A DNA stretch of 64,000 bases from Candidatus Daviesbacteria bacterium. GTDB lineage: Bacteria > Patescibacteriota > Microgenomatia > Daviesbacterales > UBA10151. Each line of letters starts with the position of its first letter. Positions within the stretch are counted from its first letter, which is position 1. The translations under genes were made by a program, and so were the position numbers. Shown one piece after another: positions 52,463 through 62,538 of the stretch. Location of the stretch: NCBI GenBank assembly GCA_016187035.1, contig JACPKL010000010.1:26014-90013 (forward strand), written 5' to 3'. The notes beneath the pieces are model-generated. The model searched no databases, was not told the origin of the DNA, and was given only the letters and a program-made list of their open reading frames with translations.

Positions 52463-52939
52463 TCACCAACGGAAGTGGGAGAATGCACGATTAGCAGCAG
52501 CTTGCCGTTGAACATCTTCTTTCTTCTTGATAGCAGCTCCAGCGCTATTTGCTGCCTCCATTAATTCTTTGGCTAATTTCTCATTAAAAGTATGAAACTG
52601 CTTATTTGATCTAGACTTTGCTGCTGCTAAAATCCACCTGATTGCCAAGGCTTCTTTTCTATCACCTCTAACCTCTACTGGCACCTGATAAGATGCACCA
52701 CCTACTCTTCTGGGTCTAACCTCCATTTTAGGAGATACATTTTGGATAGCTTTTTCCAGGATAGTTACTGGCTCTTGTTTTGTTTGCTCTTTGATTACCT
52801 TTAAAGCACCGTAAACAAGATCTTGGGCAATAGATTTTTTACCATCCATCATTATTTTATTTATCATCCTGGAGACTAATCTGGATCCATAAAGAGGATC
52901 AGGTGATAACAATTTCTTTGGAGCTTTTTTACTTCTCAT
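52463..52939 (-). CDS. rpsG: 30S ribosomal protein S7
   Basis: 158 aa: DPLYGSRLVSRMINKIMMDGKKS... Confidence 0.9.
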   Translation of the reverse strand: MRSKKAPKKLLSPDPLYGSRLVSRMINKIMMDGKKSIAQDLVYGALKVIKEQTKQEPVTILEKAIQNVSPKMEVRPRRVGGASYQVPVEVRGDRKEALAIRWILAAAKSRSNKQFHTFNEKLAKELMEAANSAGAAIKKKEDVQRQAAANRAFSHFRW

Positions 52940-52942
52940 GTT

Positions 52943-53407
52943 TTAGGCTGCTGGTGTGGGTGTTACTTTAGGAGCAGCTGCTCTAGGAACAACCCCAGCA
53001 CCTCCTTTCTTAGTACCATATATGCTTCTACCTCTTTTTCTACCTACTACTCCGGCCAAATCCAGCTTGCCTCTAATTAAATGATATTTAACTCCAGGCA
53101 AATCTTTAACCCTGCCTCCCCGAACCAAAACTATACCATGTTCTGCTAAGCTGTGGCCTTCACCTTGGATATATGCTGTAACCTCTGTTCTGTTAGACAG
53201 CCTGACCCTGGCTACTTTTCTTAAAGCAGAGTTTGGTTTTTTAGGAGTCATAGTTTTGACTAAAGTAACTACACCCCTTTTTTGAGGGTTAAAATCTTGA
53301 GTATAATGTCTGTCTTTAGCATTAAAGCTACGACGCAGCGCAGTAGCTTTAATTTTTTTAGTCAGTCTTTTCCGACCTTTTCGAATTAATTGGTTAATTG
53401 TTGGCAT
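52943..53407 (-). CDS. rpsL: 30S ribosomal protein S12 (with Ala/Pro-rich C-terminal extension)
   Basis: [12 protein letters not shown]...[10 protein letters not shown]... Confidence 0.9.
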   Translation of the reverse strand: MPTINQLIRKGRKRLTKKIKATALRRSFNAKDRHYTQDFNPQKRGVVTLVKTMTPKKPNSALRKVARVRLSNRTEVTAYIQGEGHSLAEHGIVLVRGGRVKDLPGVKYHLIRGKLDLAGVVGRKRGRSIYGTKKGGAGVVPRAAAPKVTPTPAA

Positions 53408-53410
53408 ATT

Positions 53411-56400
53411 TTATGATTCTATCTTAGCCCTTTCAGGACTGGTTGGTATTAAACGCCCAATTATAACATTCTCCTTTAATCCCACTAATCTATCAATCTT
53501 ACCTGACATAGCTGCATCTGATAAAACCGAGGTGGTTTCCTGGAATGATGCTGAAGACAAGAAACTCTCAGTCTGCAAAGATGCCCTGGTAATACCCAGG
53601 ATAATCACTTCTGCGGTAGCTGGTTCACCACCCCCTGCTAAAACTCGTTCATTCTCTTCCTCAAATCTTAATTTATCAATTACTTCTCCTGGTAACAGAT
53701 TAGTGTCACCTTGTGATTCAATTCTTACTTTATCAGACATTTTTCTAACAATTACTTCAAAATGCTTCTCGTTAATAGGCACACCTTGAGATTCATAAAC
53801 AGAACAGACTTCATCAACAATATATCGCTGAGCTGCTTGTAAACCTTGAGTCCGCAGTATTTCTTTTACATCAACATGCCCTGTTGCTAAAACTGTCCCA
53901 GCATCGATCAATTGATCCTCTCCCACTAGAAGAGTTGCTGTTGCGGGAATAACATATTCTCTTTCTTCGTGAGGTTTTTGGGTAGTCTTAACCCTAACTC
54001 TTATGCCTAGCTCTGTTTCGACAATAGAGATTTTACCAGCAATCTCTGCCAAAGGAGCTACCACTTTAGGCGTTCTAGCTTCAAACAGCTCTTCAACCCT
54101 AGGAAGTCCTTGAGTAATATCTAATCCCACAATACCTCCAGTATGAAAAGTACGCATAGTAAGCTGTGTGCCTGGCTCACCAATTGCTTGTGCAGCCACT
54201 ACTCCTACTGGGGTTCCTAATTTCACAAGCTCCCTTGTAGTTAAATCATACCCATAACAATAGCTGCATATGCCATATTTTGCCTCACAAGTCAATGGAG
54301 ATCGAGCCATCACGCTAGTCACACCTTCTTTAAGAAGTTTTTGAATAGTTTCCTCAGTTAATATTGTTCCCTCTTTAATTAATACTTTGCGACTACCTGG
54401 TTCTTTGATCTCTCCCAAAACCATTCTACCCAAAAGCTCTTCTCTGGCATGATTAAAGCTGCTTTTTGAGATAATGTATTCTAAACCAACCCTTGTCCCA
54501 CAATCCTCTATTCTGATTATCACATCATGTGCCACATCAACTAATCTTCTTGTTAAATAACCAGCATCTGCTGTTTTTAAAGCTTTATCAGCTACACCTT
54601 TTCTAGCGCCCCTAGCTGAGGTAAAGTATTCAAATACCGATAAACCTTGTCTATAATTTGACTTAGTCGGCAACTCAACTATTTTACCTGTTGGATCAGT
54701 AGATAATCCTCTCATAGCAGAAAGTTGCTTAGCTTGATCTCTTGAACCCCTAGCTCCAGCCTCTACCATCATCCTAATTGGGTTATCTGATCCTAAATGA
54801 TCCCAGGTAGCTGCTGATAAATCTTCTGTTGTCTTAATCCAAACCATTTGGGAGAGTTGTGATTTTTCTTGTGGAGTTATTAAACCTTTGATTACATTAG
54901 ATTCAATTTTTTGAATCTCCAACTCTGCCTCATCTAAATATCTTTGTTTATCAGGGACAATTTTAGCATCAAAAATAGAAATTGAAACCCCCGCAATAGT
55001 GGCTCCCCAAAAACCAATACTCTTGATATTATCAACTAATTCGGATACAGCTTCTTTATCCATCATATCCATAGCCTTTAATATAATGTCACGGATAGTT
55101 ACTCCTTTAATAGTCGAATTAAGAAATCTCATCTGAGATGGAAGCACTTGGTTAAATAAAATTCTACCAATTGATGTCTCAATAACTTCTTTGCCAATTC
55201 TAACTTGAATTCTTTGCTGGATTTTTACTTGCTTTACATGATAAGCTCTAATCGCATCCTCCTCGTTAGCAAAAAACTTTATCTTAGCAAAAGATGCTCT
55301 TTTCTCGCTTTCTTTTACCTCTGGAAGCGATGTAATATAGTAACAACCTAAAGCCATTTCTCTATTTGGCACAGTAATTGGTTGGGCATTAGCTGGACCA
55401 AAGATGTTTTCTCTTGCCAGCATTAAACTTTTTGCTTCCTCTTGGGCTTTGGCAGCAAGCGGAACATGAACTGCCATTTGGTCTCCGTCAAAATCAGCAT
55501 TAAATCCAGCACAGATACAAGGATGTATTTGAATCGCATGTCCATCTACCAATACAGGAAAAAATGCCTGAATACCTAATCTATGTAAAGTAGGGGCACG
55601 ATTAACTAAAATCGGATGGCCTTCTATAATCTCTTCTAGAATATCCCAAACCTCAGCAGAACGAGCTTCTAAAACATTTTTAGCCCCCTTAACATTAGAA
55701 GCTAAACCTCTGGCAATCATTTCCCTTAAAACAAATGGCTTAAACATTTCTAAAGCCATTTCTTTTGGCAAACCCACTTGGTTAAGTTTTAATCTTGGTC
55801 CAACCACAATCACAGATCTTCCTGAATAATCAACTCTTTTACCTAACAAGTTTTGTCTAAATCGACCTTGTTTTCCTCGAAGCATATCAGACAATGATCT
55901 CAAAACATGTGTCGTAGCTGGTCCACCCCTTCTAGATGTTCTTGAAGACGAATCTATTAATGAATCTACAGCTTCTTGTAACATTCTTTTTTCATTACGT
56001 AAAATAATTTCTGGAGCGCCTAAGTTTATTAATCTATTTAAGCGGTTATTTCTGTTAATTACTCTTCTGTATAAATCATTCAAGTCAGAAGTGGCAAAAC
56101 GCCCTCCAGGCAGTTGCACCATTGGACGAAGGTCCGGAGGCAAAACTGGTAGAACTCGCAAGATTAACCATTCTGGTTGGACTTGAGCAGAACGCATTCC
56201 TTCAATTAATCTCAACCTCTTAGTTGATTTAATATGTTTTTGGCCAGTTGATTTTCTAATTTCCTCCCGAAGAGTAGCTGACAGCTTATCCAAATCTAAT
56301 TTTTGTAAAACCTCAAGCAAGCTTTCAGCTCCCATTCCTACCTTAACAAAATCAGATACTCCATATTCTGACAATTTATAATATTCTTCCTCTGATAATA

Positions 56401-57121
56401 ACTTTAAAGGAGTAACACTTTTGACTAGATCTGACACAGCTTTAAATATTCCTTCAATTTGACCAACTTCAACCACTTGGTTATCTCTTAGTTTTTGAAT
56501 CTCATGTCTGTTTTTTATACTTAGCTCCTGAGATTCCAATTCAAACTTCTCTTTATCTAGTCTTTTTTTCAAATCAGTCAAATCTTTTTTCAACTGCTCT
56601 TCTAATCCTTTAATGCTTTTATCCAAATTAACCTTTGATTGTGCAAGCTTACTTGCCAAATCTTTCCCCAGTTTTTCTAAAGCAGCTCCTTTTTTTGTAG
56701 AATCAATACTAATAACTAAATAGGAAGCAAAATAAACCACAGCTTCTAAATTCTTAGGAGAAATATCTAAAATTAAGGATAATTTCGAAGGAGCGCCTTT
56801 GACAAACCAGGAATGAGCAACAGGTGAAGCCAAACTAATATGTCCCATTCTCTCGCGTCTAACTTTATTTTGAGTAACTTCAACACCGCATTTATCACAA
56901 ATTACCCCTCTAAATCTGATTCTCTTATATTTTCCACAATAACACTCATAATCTTTAGTGGGGCCGAAGATGTTCTCTGAAAAAAGTCCATCTTTCTCAG
57001 CTTTCAGGGTTCTATAGTTTATAGTTTCAGGCTTGGTAACCTCGCCAAAAGACCAGCTGCGGATTTGTTCTGGACTAGCTACTGTAAGTTTTAAAGCTTC
57101 AAAATCTAATAAATCATTCAT
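53411..57121 (-). CDS. rpoC: DNA-directed RNA polymerase subunit beta'
   Basis: 1236 aa with a zinc-binding CxC..CxxC, the NADFDGD active site and the trigger-loop region. Confidence 0.95.
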   Translation of the reverse strand: MNDLLDFEALKLTVASPEQIRSWSFGEVTKPETINYRTLKAEKDGLFSENIFGPTKDYECYCGKYKRIRFRGVICDKCGVEVTQNKVRRERMGHISLASPVAHSWFVKGAPSKLSLILDISPKNLEAVVYFASYLVISIDSTKKGAALEKLGKDLASKLAQSKVNLDKSIKGLEEQLKKDLTDLKKRLDKEKFELESQELSIKNRHEIQKLRDNQVVEVGQIEGIFKAVSDLVKSVTPLKLLSEEEYYKLSEYGVSDFVKVGMGAESLLEVLQKLDLDKLSATLREEIRKSTGQKHIKSTKRLRLIEGMRSAQVQPEWLILRVLPVLPPDLRPMVQLPGGRFATSDLNDLYRRVINRNNRLNRLINLGAPEIILRNEKRMLQEAVDSLIDSSSRTSRRGGPATTHVLRSLSDMLRGKQGRFRQNLLGKRVDYSGRSVIVVGPRLKLNQVGLPKEMALEMFKPFVLREMIARGLASNVKGAKNVLEARSAEVWDILEEIIEGHPILVNRAPTLHRLGIQAFFPVLVDGHAIQIHPCICAGFNADFDGDQMAVHVPLAAKAQEEAKSLMLARENIFGPANAQPITVPNREMALGCYYITSLPEVKESEKRASFAKIKFFANEEDAIRAYHVKQVKIQQRIQVRIGKEVIETSIGRILFNQVLPSQMRFLNSTIKGVTIRDIILKAMDMMDKEAVSELVDNIKSIGFWGATIAGVSISIFDAKIVPDKQRYLDEAELEIQKIESNVIKGLITPQEKSQLSQMVWIKTTEDLSAATWDHLGSDNPIRMMVEAGARGSRDQAKQLSAMRGLSTDPTGKIVELPTKSNYRQGLSVFEYFTSARGARKGVADKALKTADAGYLTRRLVDVAHDVIIRIEDCGTRVGLEYIISKSSFNHAREELLGRMVLGEIKEPGSRKVLIKEGTILTEETIQKLLKEGVTSVMARSPLTCEAKYGICSYCYGYDLTTRELVKLGTPVGVVAAQAIGEPGTQLTMRTFHTGGIVGLDITQGLPRVEELFEARTPKVVAPLAEIAGKISIVETELGIRVRVKTTQKPHEEREYVIPATATLLVGEDQLIDAGTVLATGHVDVKEILRTQGLQAAQRYIVDEVCSVYESQGVPINEKHFEVIVRKMSDKVRIESQGDTNLLPGEVIDKLRFEEENERVLAGGGEPATAEVIILGITRASLQTESFLSSASFQETTSVLSDAAMSGKIDRLVGLKENVIIGRLIPTSPERAKIES

Positions 57122-57153
57122 AAGTCACCTGCTTAAATTACTTAAGATATCTC

Positions 57154-60100
57154 CTACTTCTTTTCCATCTCACTAGCATCTATCACTTCAAAATTACTTG
57201 ATTCAGCTTCTAATTCTGATTCGTTGGCAGTAGGCTGCATTTCTAAAGTTTGCTCCAATTGAGCAACTTCCTGTTTTATCTCTGCCTTTTCCTCAGTTTC
57301 CTGAGTCTGGATCAATTTAGCTCCAATAGTGTCTACTGATAATCCTAATGCCTGAAGCTCTTTCACTAACACTTTAAACGATTCAGGAATTAAAGCCTGA
57401 GGAATTTCAATCCCCTTAACGATTGCCTCAAAAGCTTTAGCGCGTCCAACTACATCATCACTTTTAAGAGTTAACATTTCTTGTAGGATATGCGCTGCAC
57501 CATATGCTTCAAGCGCCCAGACTTCCATCTCTCCTAATCTTTGTCCGCCCATTTGGGCTTTTCCGCCTAGGGGTTGTTGAGTAACCAATGAATATGGACC
57601 AGTTGAGCGGGCATGGATTTTTTCTTCCACCATGTGGATTAATTTCAAAATGTAATTTCTGCCAACCACAATAGTTCTATCAAAAGGTTCACCAGTTTTT
57701 CCGTTAATTAATTTAACTTTACCATCAACTGGTAAATTAGCTTTTTTAAGCTCTTCAACCAACTTTTCCTCGGATAGCTTCTCAAAAACTGGCGCAGCTA
57801 CGTGATAACCTAATCTGGTGGCTGCAAATCCCCAATGAGTTTCTAAAAGTTGTCCCAGATTCATCCTTGATAGAACTGATAAAGGTGAGATGATAATATC
57901 AACTGGAGTACCGTCCTCTAAATGAGGCATGTCTGCAATAGGCACAATTTTTGAGATGACTCCTTTGTTTCCATGTCTGCCTGCTAGCTTATCGCCTTCG
58001 GTCACTTTTCTGATTTGAGCTACTTTAACTTTAATCCTCATTAAGATTCCTGTATCCAACTCATCTCCTTCTTCTCGGGATAGAATTTGTACTCCGATCA
58101 CAGTACCTCTTTCGCCGTGAGGAATCCTCAAAGAAGTATCTCTGATCTCTTTAGCTTTTTCTCCAAAGATAGCACGAAGCAACCTTTCTTCTGCAGTTAA
58201 TTCTGTTTCACCTTTTGGTTGCACTTTACCAACCAAAATATCATTTGGTCCAACCTCTGCACCAATTCTGACTATTCCTCTTTCATCTAAATTAGCCAAA
58301 GATTCTTCTGAAACATTCGGAATGTCGCGGGTTAATTCTTCAGGTCCTAACTTAGTTTCTACTACATCTATCTCATATTCTTCAATATGAATACTTGTTA
58401 AAAGATCCTCTTTGACTAATCTATCTGAAATGACAATGGCATCCTCGTATCCTAATCCCTCAAAGCTCATATAAGCAATCAGCAGGTTTTGGCCTAAGGC
58501 TAACTCTCCATTCTTTGTGGCAGCTCCATCAATCAACAGATCTCCTTTTTTGACCTTAGCTCCAATTTCTACCACTCCTTTTTGGGAATAACAAGTACCT
58601 TGAGGTGAATGAACAAATTTTTTAATTTCATATTTATATTCATTTTTTACAGCTTTCAAGATTAATTTTTTCCCATCAACATAAGTAACTACCCCATCCT
58701 CAGGTGCTTTTACTATCCTACCCATATTTTCTGCCACAATTTTTTCCATCCCTGTTCCTACCACAGGAGCAGAAGGAAGCAATAATGGAACTGCTTGGCA
58801 CTGCATCTGAGTACCCATTAAAGCCCTGTTAGCATCATCATTGGCTAAAAATGGAATAAGCGAAGCGGAAATTCCAAAAATCTGTTGAGGAGATATATCA
58901 ATTAAAGAAATATCTGAAGCTTTACCTTCATAGAAAACACCTTGATAACGGGTAGGTACCCGATCAGGAATGATATTGCCTCTATCATCAATTTCCACTG
59001 TAGCCTCAGTAATATGGAAATTCTCTTCATCATCAGCTGATAAGTAAATTATCTCATCTGTTACTTTATTTTTTCCTTTTTGCTGTATTATTTTTCTATA
59101 GGGAGTTTCCAAAAATCCGTATTCATTTATTCTGCAGAAAAGCGCCAAATAGGTAACCAATCCAATATTTTGCCCTTCTGGTGATCTGATTGGATCAATT
59201 CTGCCATACTGAGAATGATTAATATCTCTGACTGAGAAAGAAGCCCGATCTCTAGTTATTCCTCCAACACCCATAACAGACAATCTTCTTAAGTGGTCTA
59301 ATTCAGACAAAGGATTAACCTGATCTAAAATGCTAGAAAGTTGAGAGGAACGGAAAAATTCATTAATTGCCGCAATTACTGGCTTGGCATTGATTAAACC
59401 CCCAGGGGTCACTTCTTGATCCTGAGCCGTTAAACTCATTCTCTCTTTAATAATTCGTTCAAGTCTTAATACTCCAATCCTAAAAGCGTTTTGCTGTACT
59501 AATTCTCCAGCACATCTAACACGCCTGTTTGCTAAATGATCAATATCGTCTAATTTACCTTCTCTATTACTTAATCTAATTAGATATTTCAAAGCAGCGA
59601 TTATATCTGTTTTAGTTAAAATCCAATTCTCTTCAGTATTTGATAAGTCTAGATTTAATCTTTTATTAATTTTAAAACGGCCTACCTTGGTTAAATTATA
59701 TCGACGAGAGGCAAAAAACATGCCTTCGAGCAAAGCTTTAGCATTATCTAAAACAACCGGATCTCCTGGCCTCATTTTTCTAAAAATCTCAAGTAAAGCT
59801 TCCTCGCTATTTTCAGTTGGATCTTTAGATAAAGTAACCTCAATGAATTTGTTCTCACCATTATCAACATCCTTAAACTGCTCAATTATTGCATCAGTTT
59901 CAGAAACTCCAATTGCTCGAAGAAAGGTAGTTGCAGCAAATTTTCTTCTTCTATCAATCTTGGCAGTTAAAACACCTGTTCTAGAAACAGAAAACTCTAA
60001 CCAAGAACCTCGATAAGGACGGATTTCTGCAGAATATAATCTTTTACCAGTAATTGGATCATCCATTGCTGAAAAAAATACACCAGGTGAACGAACTAAT

Positions 60101-60507
60101 TGATTAATAATTACTCTTTCAACACCGTTAATAATGAATGTACCTTTATCAGTCATTTGTGGTATGTCTCCCAAAAACACTTCCTGCAAACTTTTCTGAC
60201 CTGTTTGTTTATTAATTAGAGTCGCTTCTATTTTCAGAGGAGCATCAAAGGTAACTCCTTTTTCTCTAGCTTGCTCAGCAGTATATTTACCTTTACCGAA
60301 ATAAAAGGACCCTAATTCTAGGGTCCAATTTTTTCCTGTAAAGTCCTCCACAGGAGAAATTTCAGCAAGGACTTCTTTAATACCTTCTTTAATAAACCAA
60401 TTATATGAATCTAGTTGAATTTGGATTAAATTCAATTGAGGAACCAAGTTTGGTGATTTACTCCAATATTTACGTTCGTTTTTCTGTATATCTAATTTCG
60501 CTGACAT
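57154..60507 (-). CDS. rpoB: DNA-directed RNA polymerase subunit beta
   Basis: 1117 aa. A Rif-region-like FFGSSQLSQF variant (FFRSSQLSSILDQ), GRHGNKGV and GGQRLGEMEVWALEAYGA. Confidence 0.95.
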   Translation of the reverse strand: MSAKLDIQKNERKYWSKSPNLVPQLNLIQIQLDSYNWFIKEGIKEVLAEISPVEDFTGKNWTLELGSFYFGKGKYTAEQAREKGVTFDAPLKIEATLINKQTGQKSLQEVFLGDIPQMTDKGTFIINGVERVIINQLVRSPGVFFSAMDDPITGKRLYSAEIRPYRGSWLEFSVSRTGVLTAKIDRRRKFAATTFLRAIGVSETDAIIEQFKDVDNGENKFIEVTLSKDPTENSEEALLEIFRKMRPGDPVVLDNAKALLEGMFFASRRYNLTKVGRFKINKRLNLDLSNTEENWILTKTDIIAALKYLIRLSNREGKLDDIDHLANRRVRCAGELVQQNAFRIGVLRLERIIKERMSLTAQDQEVTPGGLINAKPVIAAINEFFRSSQLSSILDQVNPLSELDHLRRLSVMGVGGITRDRASFSVRDINHSQYGRIDPIRSPEGQNIGLVTYLALFCRINEYGFLETPYRKIIQQKGKNKVTDEIIYLSADDEENFHITEATVEIDDRGNIIPDRVPTRYQGVFYEGKASDISLIDISPQQIFGISASLIPFLANDDANRALMGTQMQCQAVPLLLPSAPVVGTGMEKIVAENMGRIVKAPEDGVVTYVDGKKLILKAVKNEYKYEIKKFVHSPQGTCYSQKGVVEIGAKVKKGDLLIDGAATKNGELALGQNLLIAYMSFEGLGYEDAIVISDRLVKEDLLTSIHIEEYEIDVVETKLGPEELTRDIPNVSEESLANLDERGIVRIGAEVGPNDILVGKVQPKGETELTAEERLLRAIFGEKAKEIRDTSLRIPHGERGTVIGVQILSREEGDELDTGILMRIKVKVAQIRKVTEGDKLAGRHGNKGVISKIVPIADMPHLEDGTPVDIIISPLSVLSRMNLGQLLETHWGFAATRLGYHVAAPVFEKLSEEKLVEELKKANLPVDGKVKLINGKTGEPFDRTIVVGRNYILKLIHMVEEKIHARSTGPYSLVTQQPLGGKAQMGGQRLGEMEVWALEAYGAAHILQEMLTLKSDDVVGRAKAFEAIVKGIEIPQALIPESFKVLVKELQALGLSVDTIGAKLIQTQETEEKAEIKQEVAQLEQTLEMQPTANESELEAESSNFEVIDASEMEKK

Positions 60508-60699
60508 GAGTAGATGGCCTATTTACTCCCTTTTTTAAAGGGTAATTGGACAGTTTAGATTCCGTCTTGTATAGGGTCAACAAAAAGAAAGCATACGTAC
60601 TCGTACGCCTTTAAGTTTTTTATTTGACTATTGGCAGTTTATCACAACAATCTCTATCCGTCAATAGGCCTATAATTATGTCAACGAATAGCGTACTTA

Positions 60700-60728
60700 T
60701 TGATTTCTAATGGGTAGGTCTCTAAAAT
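60700..60728 (+). promoter_or_regulatory. promoter of the orphan gene, -10 box 7 nt from the ATG (leaderless architecture)
   Basis: TTGATT (60700-60705), 17 nt, TAAAAT (60723-60728), aaagcta, ATG (60736). Confidence 0.5.
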
Positions 60729-60735
60729 AAAGCTA

Positions 60736-62073
60736 ATGGCAGAATCCCAATCTTCCCCTGAACAATCAACCACAGTTATGCAACATACTTCCTCATCTAA
60801 TGATCGTCAAGAGATACGAGAGTTTTCTAAATTAACTCCAGAAGGCAGACAGACAAGAAGTGAAACAGCATTAGCAGTTTTATCAGCAAGAAGAGATACT
60901 CGTGCTGCGGACGCTAGAATTGCTGAACTTAAATCAATCATTAATAGCATCTCAGCAGATTCTGAACAAAGGAGGGAAAGGATAGCGAGTCTGCAAGCTG
61001 AATTAGATACAGAAAGAGAGGATTTAGCACAAACAGAAGCTTCATTGGTAAGTAAGATCTATCATTTGTTAGGACAAAAGTCTCAAGCAGTCGATGTTAG
61101 AGAACATCAAGTCAAAGTTACGGAAGGGTTCACTCAATATCACCATGAAGAAATCGCTAGAAACGATAAGCAGTTAAGAGAGTCTGGAGAAACTTTAAAG
61201 AGATTTCAAGAAAGAAAAGTTGGTTTAAGAAGTGCAAAGAGCCTTCTTGATGATTTTTATACAGAACAGGCAGGCAGATTTGAAGAATATCGGAAAGATC
61301 AAGAACGAAGGAAGATGATTTCTCAAATTACAGATATAGCAAATGTTGCAGATGAGTATGGGGTGTATTTTATACATGGAATTTTACCTGCATTCGCTGA
61401 GGATGTAATGGGTGGTGAAGCAATGTCGCAACGAAACCCTTTGCTTAAATGGAATGCAGGATGGCGCCAGCGTACTGCAATCGTTGTGGGATTGCAGCCT
61501 GATATATCAGTATCAGCCATAAAACCTGGAGATACACCTGTCAATATGTGGTCAAGAATGGGAGTTATTATAAATGGAGGGAATCTCGTTAACGCTCATC
61601 CTAGGGATGCATCTACCGTAGTGAAAGGAATTCAAGAACAGCAATCAGCCCACCATGACAAAACATTTTATGAAATGCAACCTGAGGAAGTAGGAGAAAA
61701 CATTCGAGCAGCTATCGAAGGTCGAGGACCAAAGGACTATAATGAATTTGTTGTTCGAGATCCAGAAATAGCTGGTTTTTATTTATGTCTAGATGCTGAC
61801 GATCCAGAAAGGATAGTATATAGAACACCTATTAATAAATATATCGAAGGAATTATTGGCTATCTAACAGAAAACAATATTCCTCTCTATATCGTTCATA
61901 ATGGAGCTGTATATGAAGGAGAACCTATTTTAGATAGTTCAGGGAAAATCATTATTCAACGCGTGGGTGAACCACTTAGTCCTTCAGACATAATCAGGAG
62001 AAAGATTACAATTGATTATTCCCATCAAGAGACAATGAAGCAAGAAGGACTAGCCTCTTTAAATCTTTCTTAA
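60736..62073 (+). CDS. orphan protein: ~200-aa N-terminal coiled coil plus ~240-aa C-terminal globular domain of unknown family
   Basis: 445 aa and the only plus-strand gene in a ~33-kb minus-strand block. The N-terminal half is rich in R/E/Q/A heptad-like sequence. The C-terminal half (GVYFIHGILPAF...YNEFVVRDPEIAGFYLCLD...) matches nothing I recognise. It has its own promoter and terminator. Confidence 0.6.
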   Translation: MAESQSSPEQSTTVMQHTSSSNDRQEIREFSKLTPEGRQTRSETALAVLSARRDTRAADARIAELKSIINSISADSEQRRERIASLQAELDTEREDLAQTEASLVSKIYHLLGQKSQAVDVREHQVKVTEGFTQYHHEEIARNDKQLRESGETLKRFQERKVGLRSAKSLLDDFYTEQAGRFEEYRKDQERRKMISQITDIANVADEYGVYFIHGILPAFAEDVMGGEAMSQRNPLLKWNAGWRQRTAIVVGLQPDISVSAIKPGDTPVNMWSRMGVIINGGNLVNAHPRDASTVVKGIQEQQSAHHDKTFYEMQPEEVGENIRAAIEGRGPKDYNEFVVRDPEIAGFYLCLDADDPERIVYRTPINKYIEGIIGYLTENNIPLYIVHNGAVYEGEPILDSSGKIIIQRVGEPLSPSDIIRRKITIDYSHQETMKQEGLASLNLS

Positions 62074-62075
62074 CG

Positions 62076-62098
62076 TACCCGCTCGCGGGTATGGTTTT
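62076..62098 (+). terminator. rho-independent terminator of the orphan gene
   Basis: tACCCGctcgCGGGTa-tggtttt begins 3 nt after the stop codon. Confidence 0.6.
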
Positions 62099-62166
62099 GG
62101 CTGATTTTGAGGCTAAATTTATTAAAAGTCTGCTTCTTTATTCCTCTAAATACATATAAGAGGAGT

Positions 62167-62538
62167 TTATAGGCAAGTATCGCCAAAATATTTTCTTGCT
62201 ATTTGTTTATCTTTTTTTATTTGCGTTATCAGCTTATCAACACTGTGGAATTTTTTATTTTCCCTGATCTTTTTTAAAAGTTTTACCGTAATCCACTGAT
62301 TGTAAATATTTTTATCAAAGTCCAAAATATAAGTTTCAGCCTGGTATTTTTTTTCATTAAAAGTTTCAGCTTTACCTATAAAAGTTAGGGCAGGATAAAT
62401 AGATCTACTTAGTTTGATTTGAGAGATGTATATCCCTTCAGGAATATTTTTAGTTAAATTAATATTAGCTGTAGGAAAACCCAACTTTTTCCCTCTTTGT
62501 TGATGTTTTCGGACTTTCCCCCAAAATTTATACCTCAT
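62167..62538 (-). CDS. monofunctional riboflavin kinase (RibF C-terminal domain type)
   Basis: 123 aa: GKVRKHQQRGKKLGFPTANINL...YPALTFIG. No FAD-synthetase domain. Confidence 0.75.
   Translation of the reverse strand: MRYKFWGKVRKHQQRGKKLGFPTANINLTKNIPEGIYISQIKLSRSIYPALTFIGKAETFNEKKYQAETYILDFDKNIYNQWITVKLLKKIRENKKFHSVDKLITQIKKDKQIARKYFGDTCL

Noticed and set aside
60515-60670. An 8-bp inverted repeat, ggcctatt / aataggcc, 140 nt apart in the rpoB upstream region, considered as possible element termini.
   Set aside because: It is too short and too widely spaced to distinguish from chance, and nothing coding lies between the arms.
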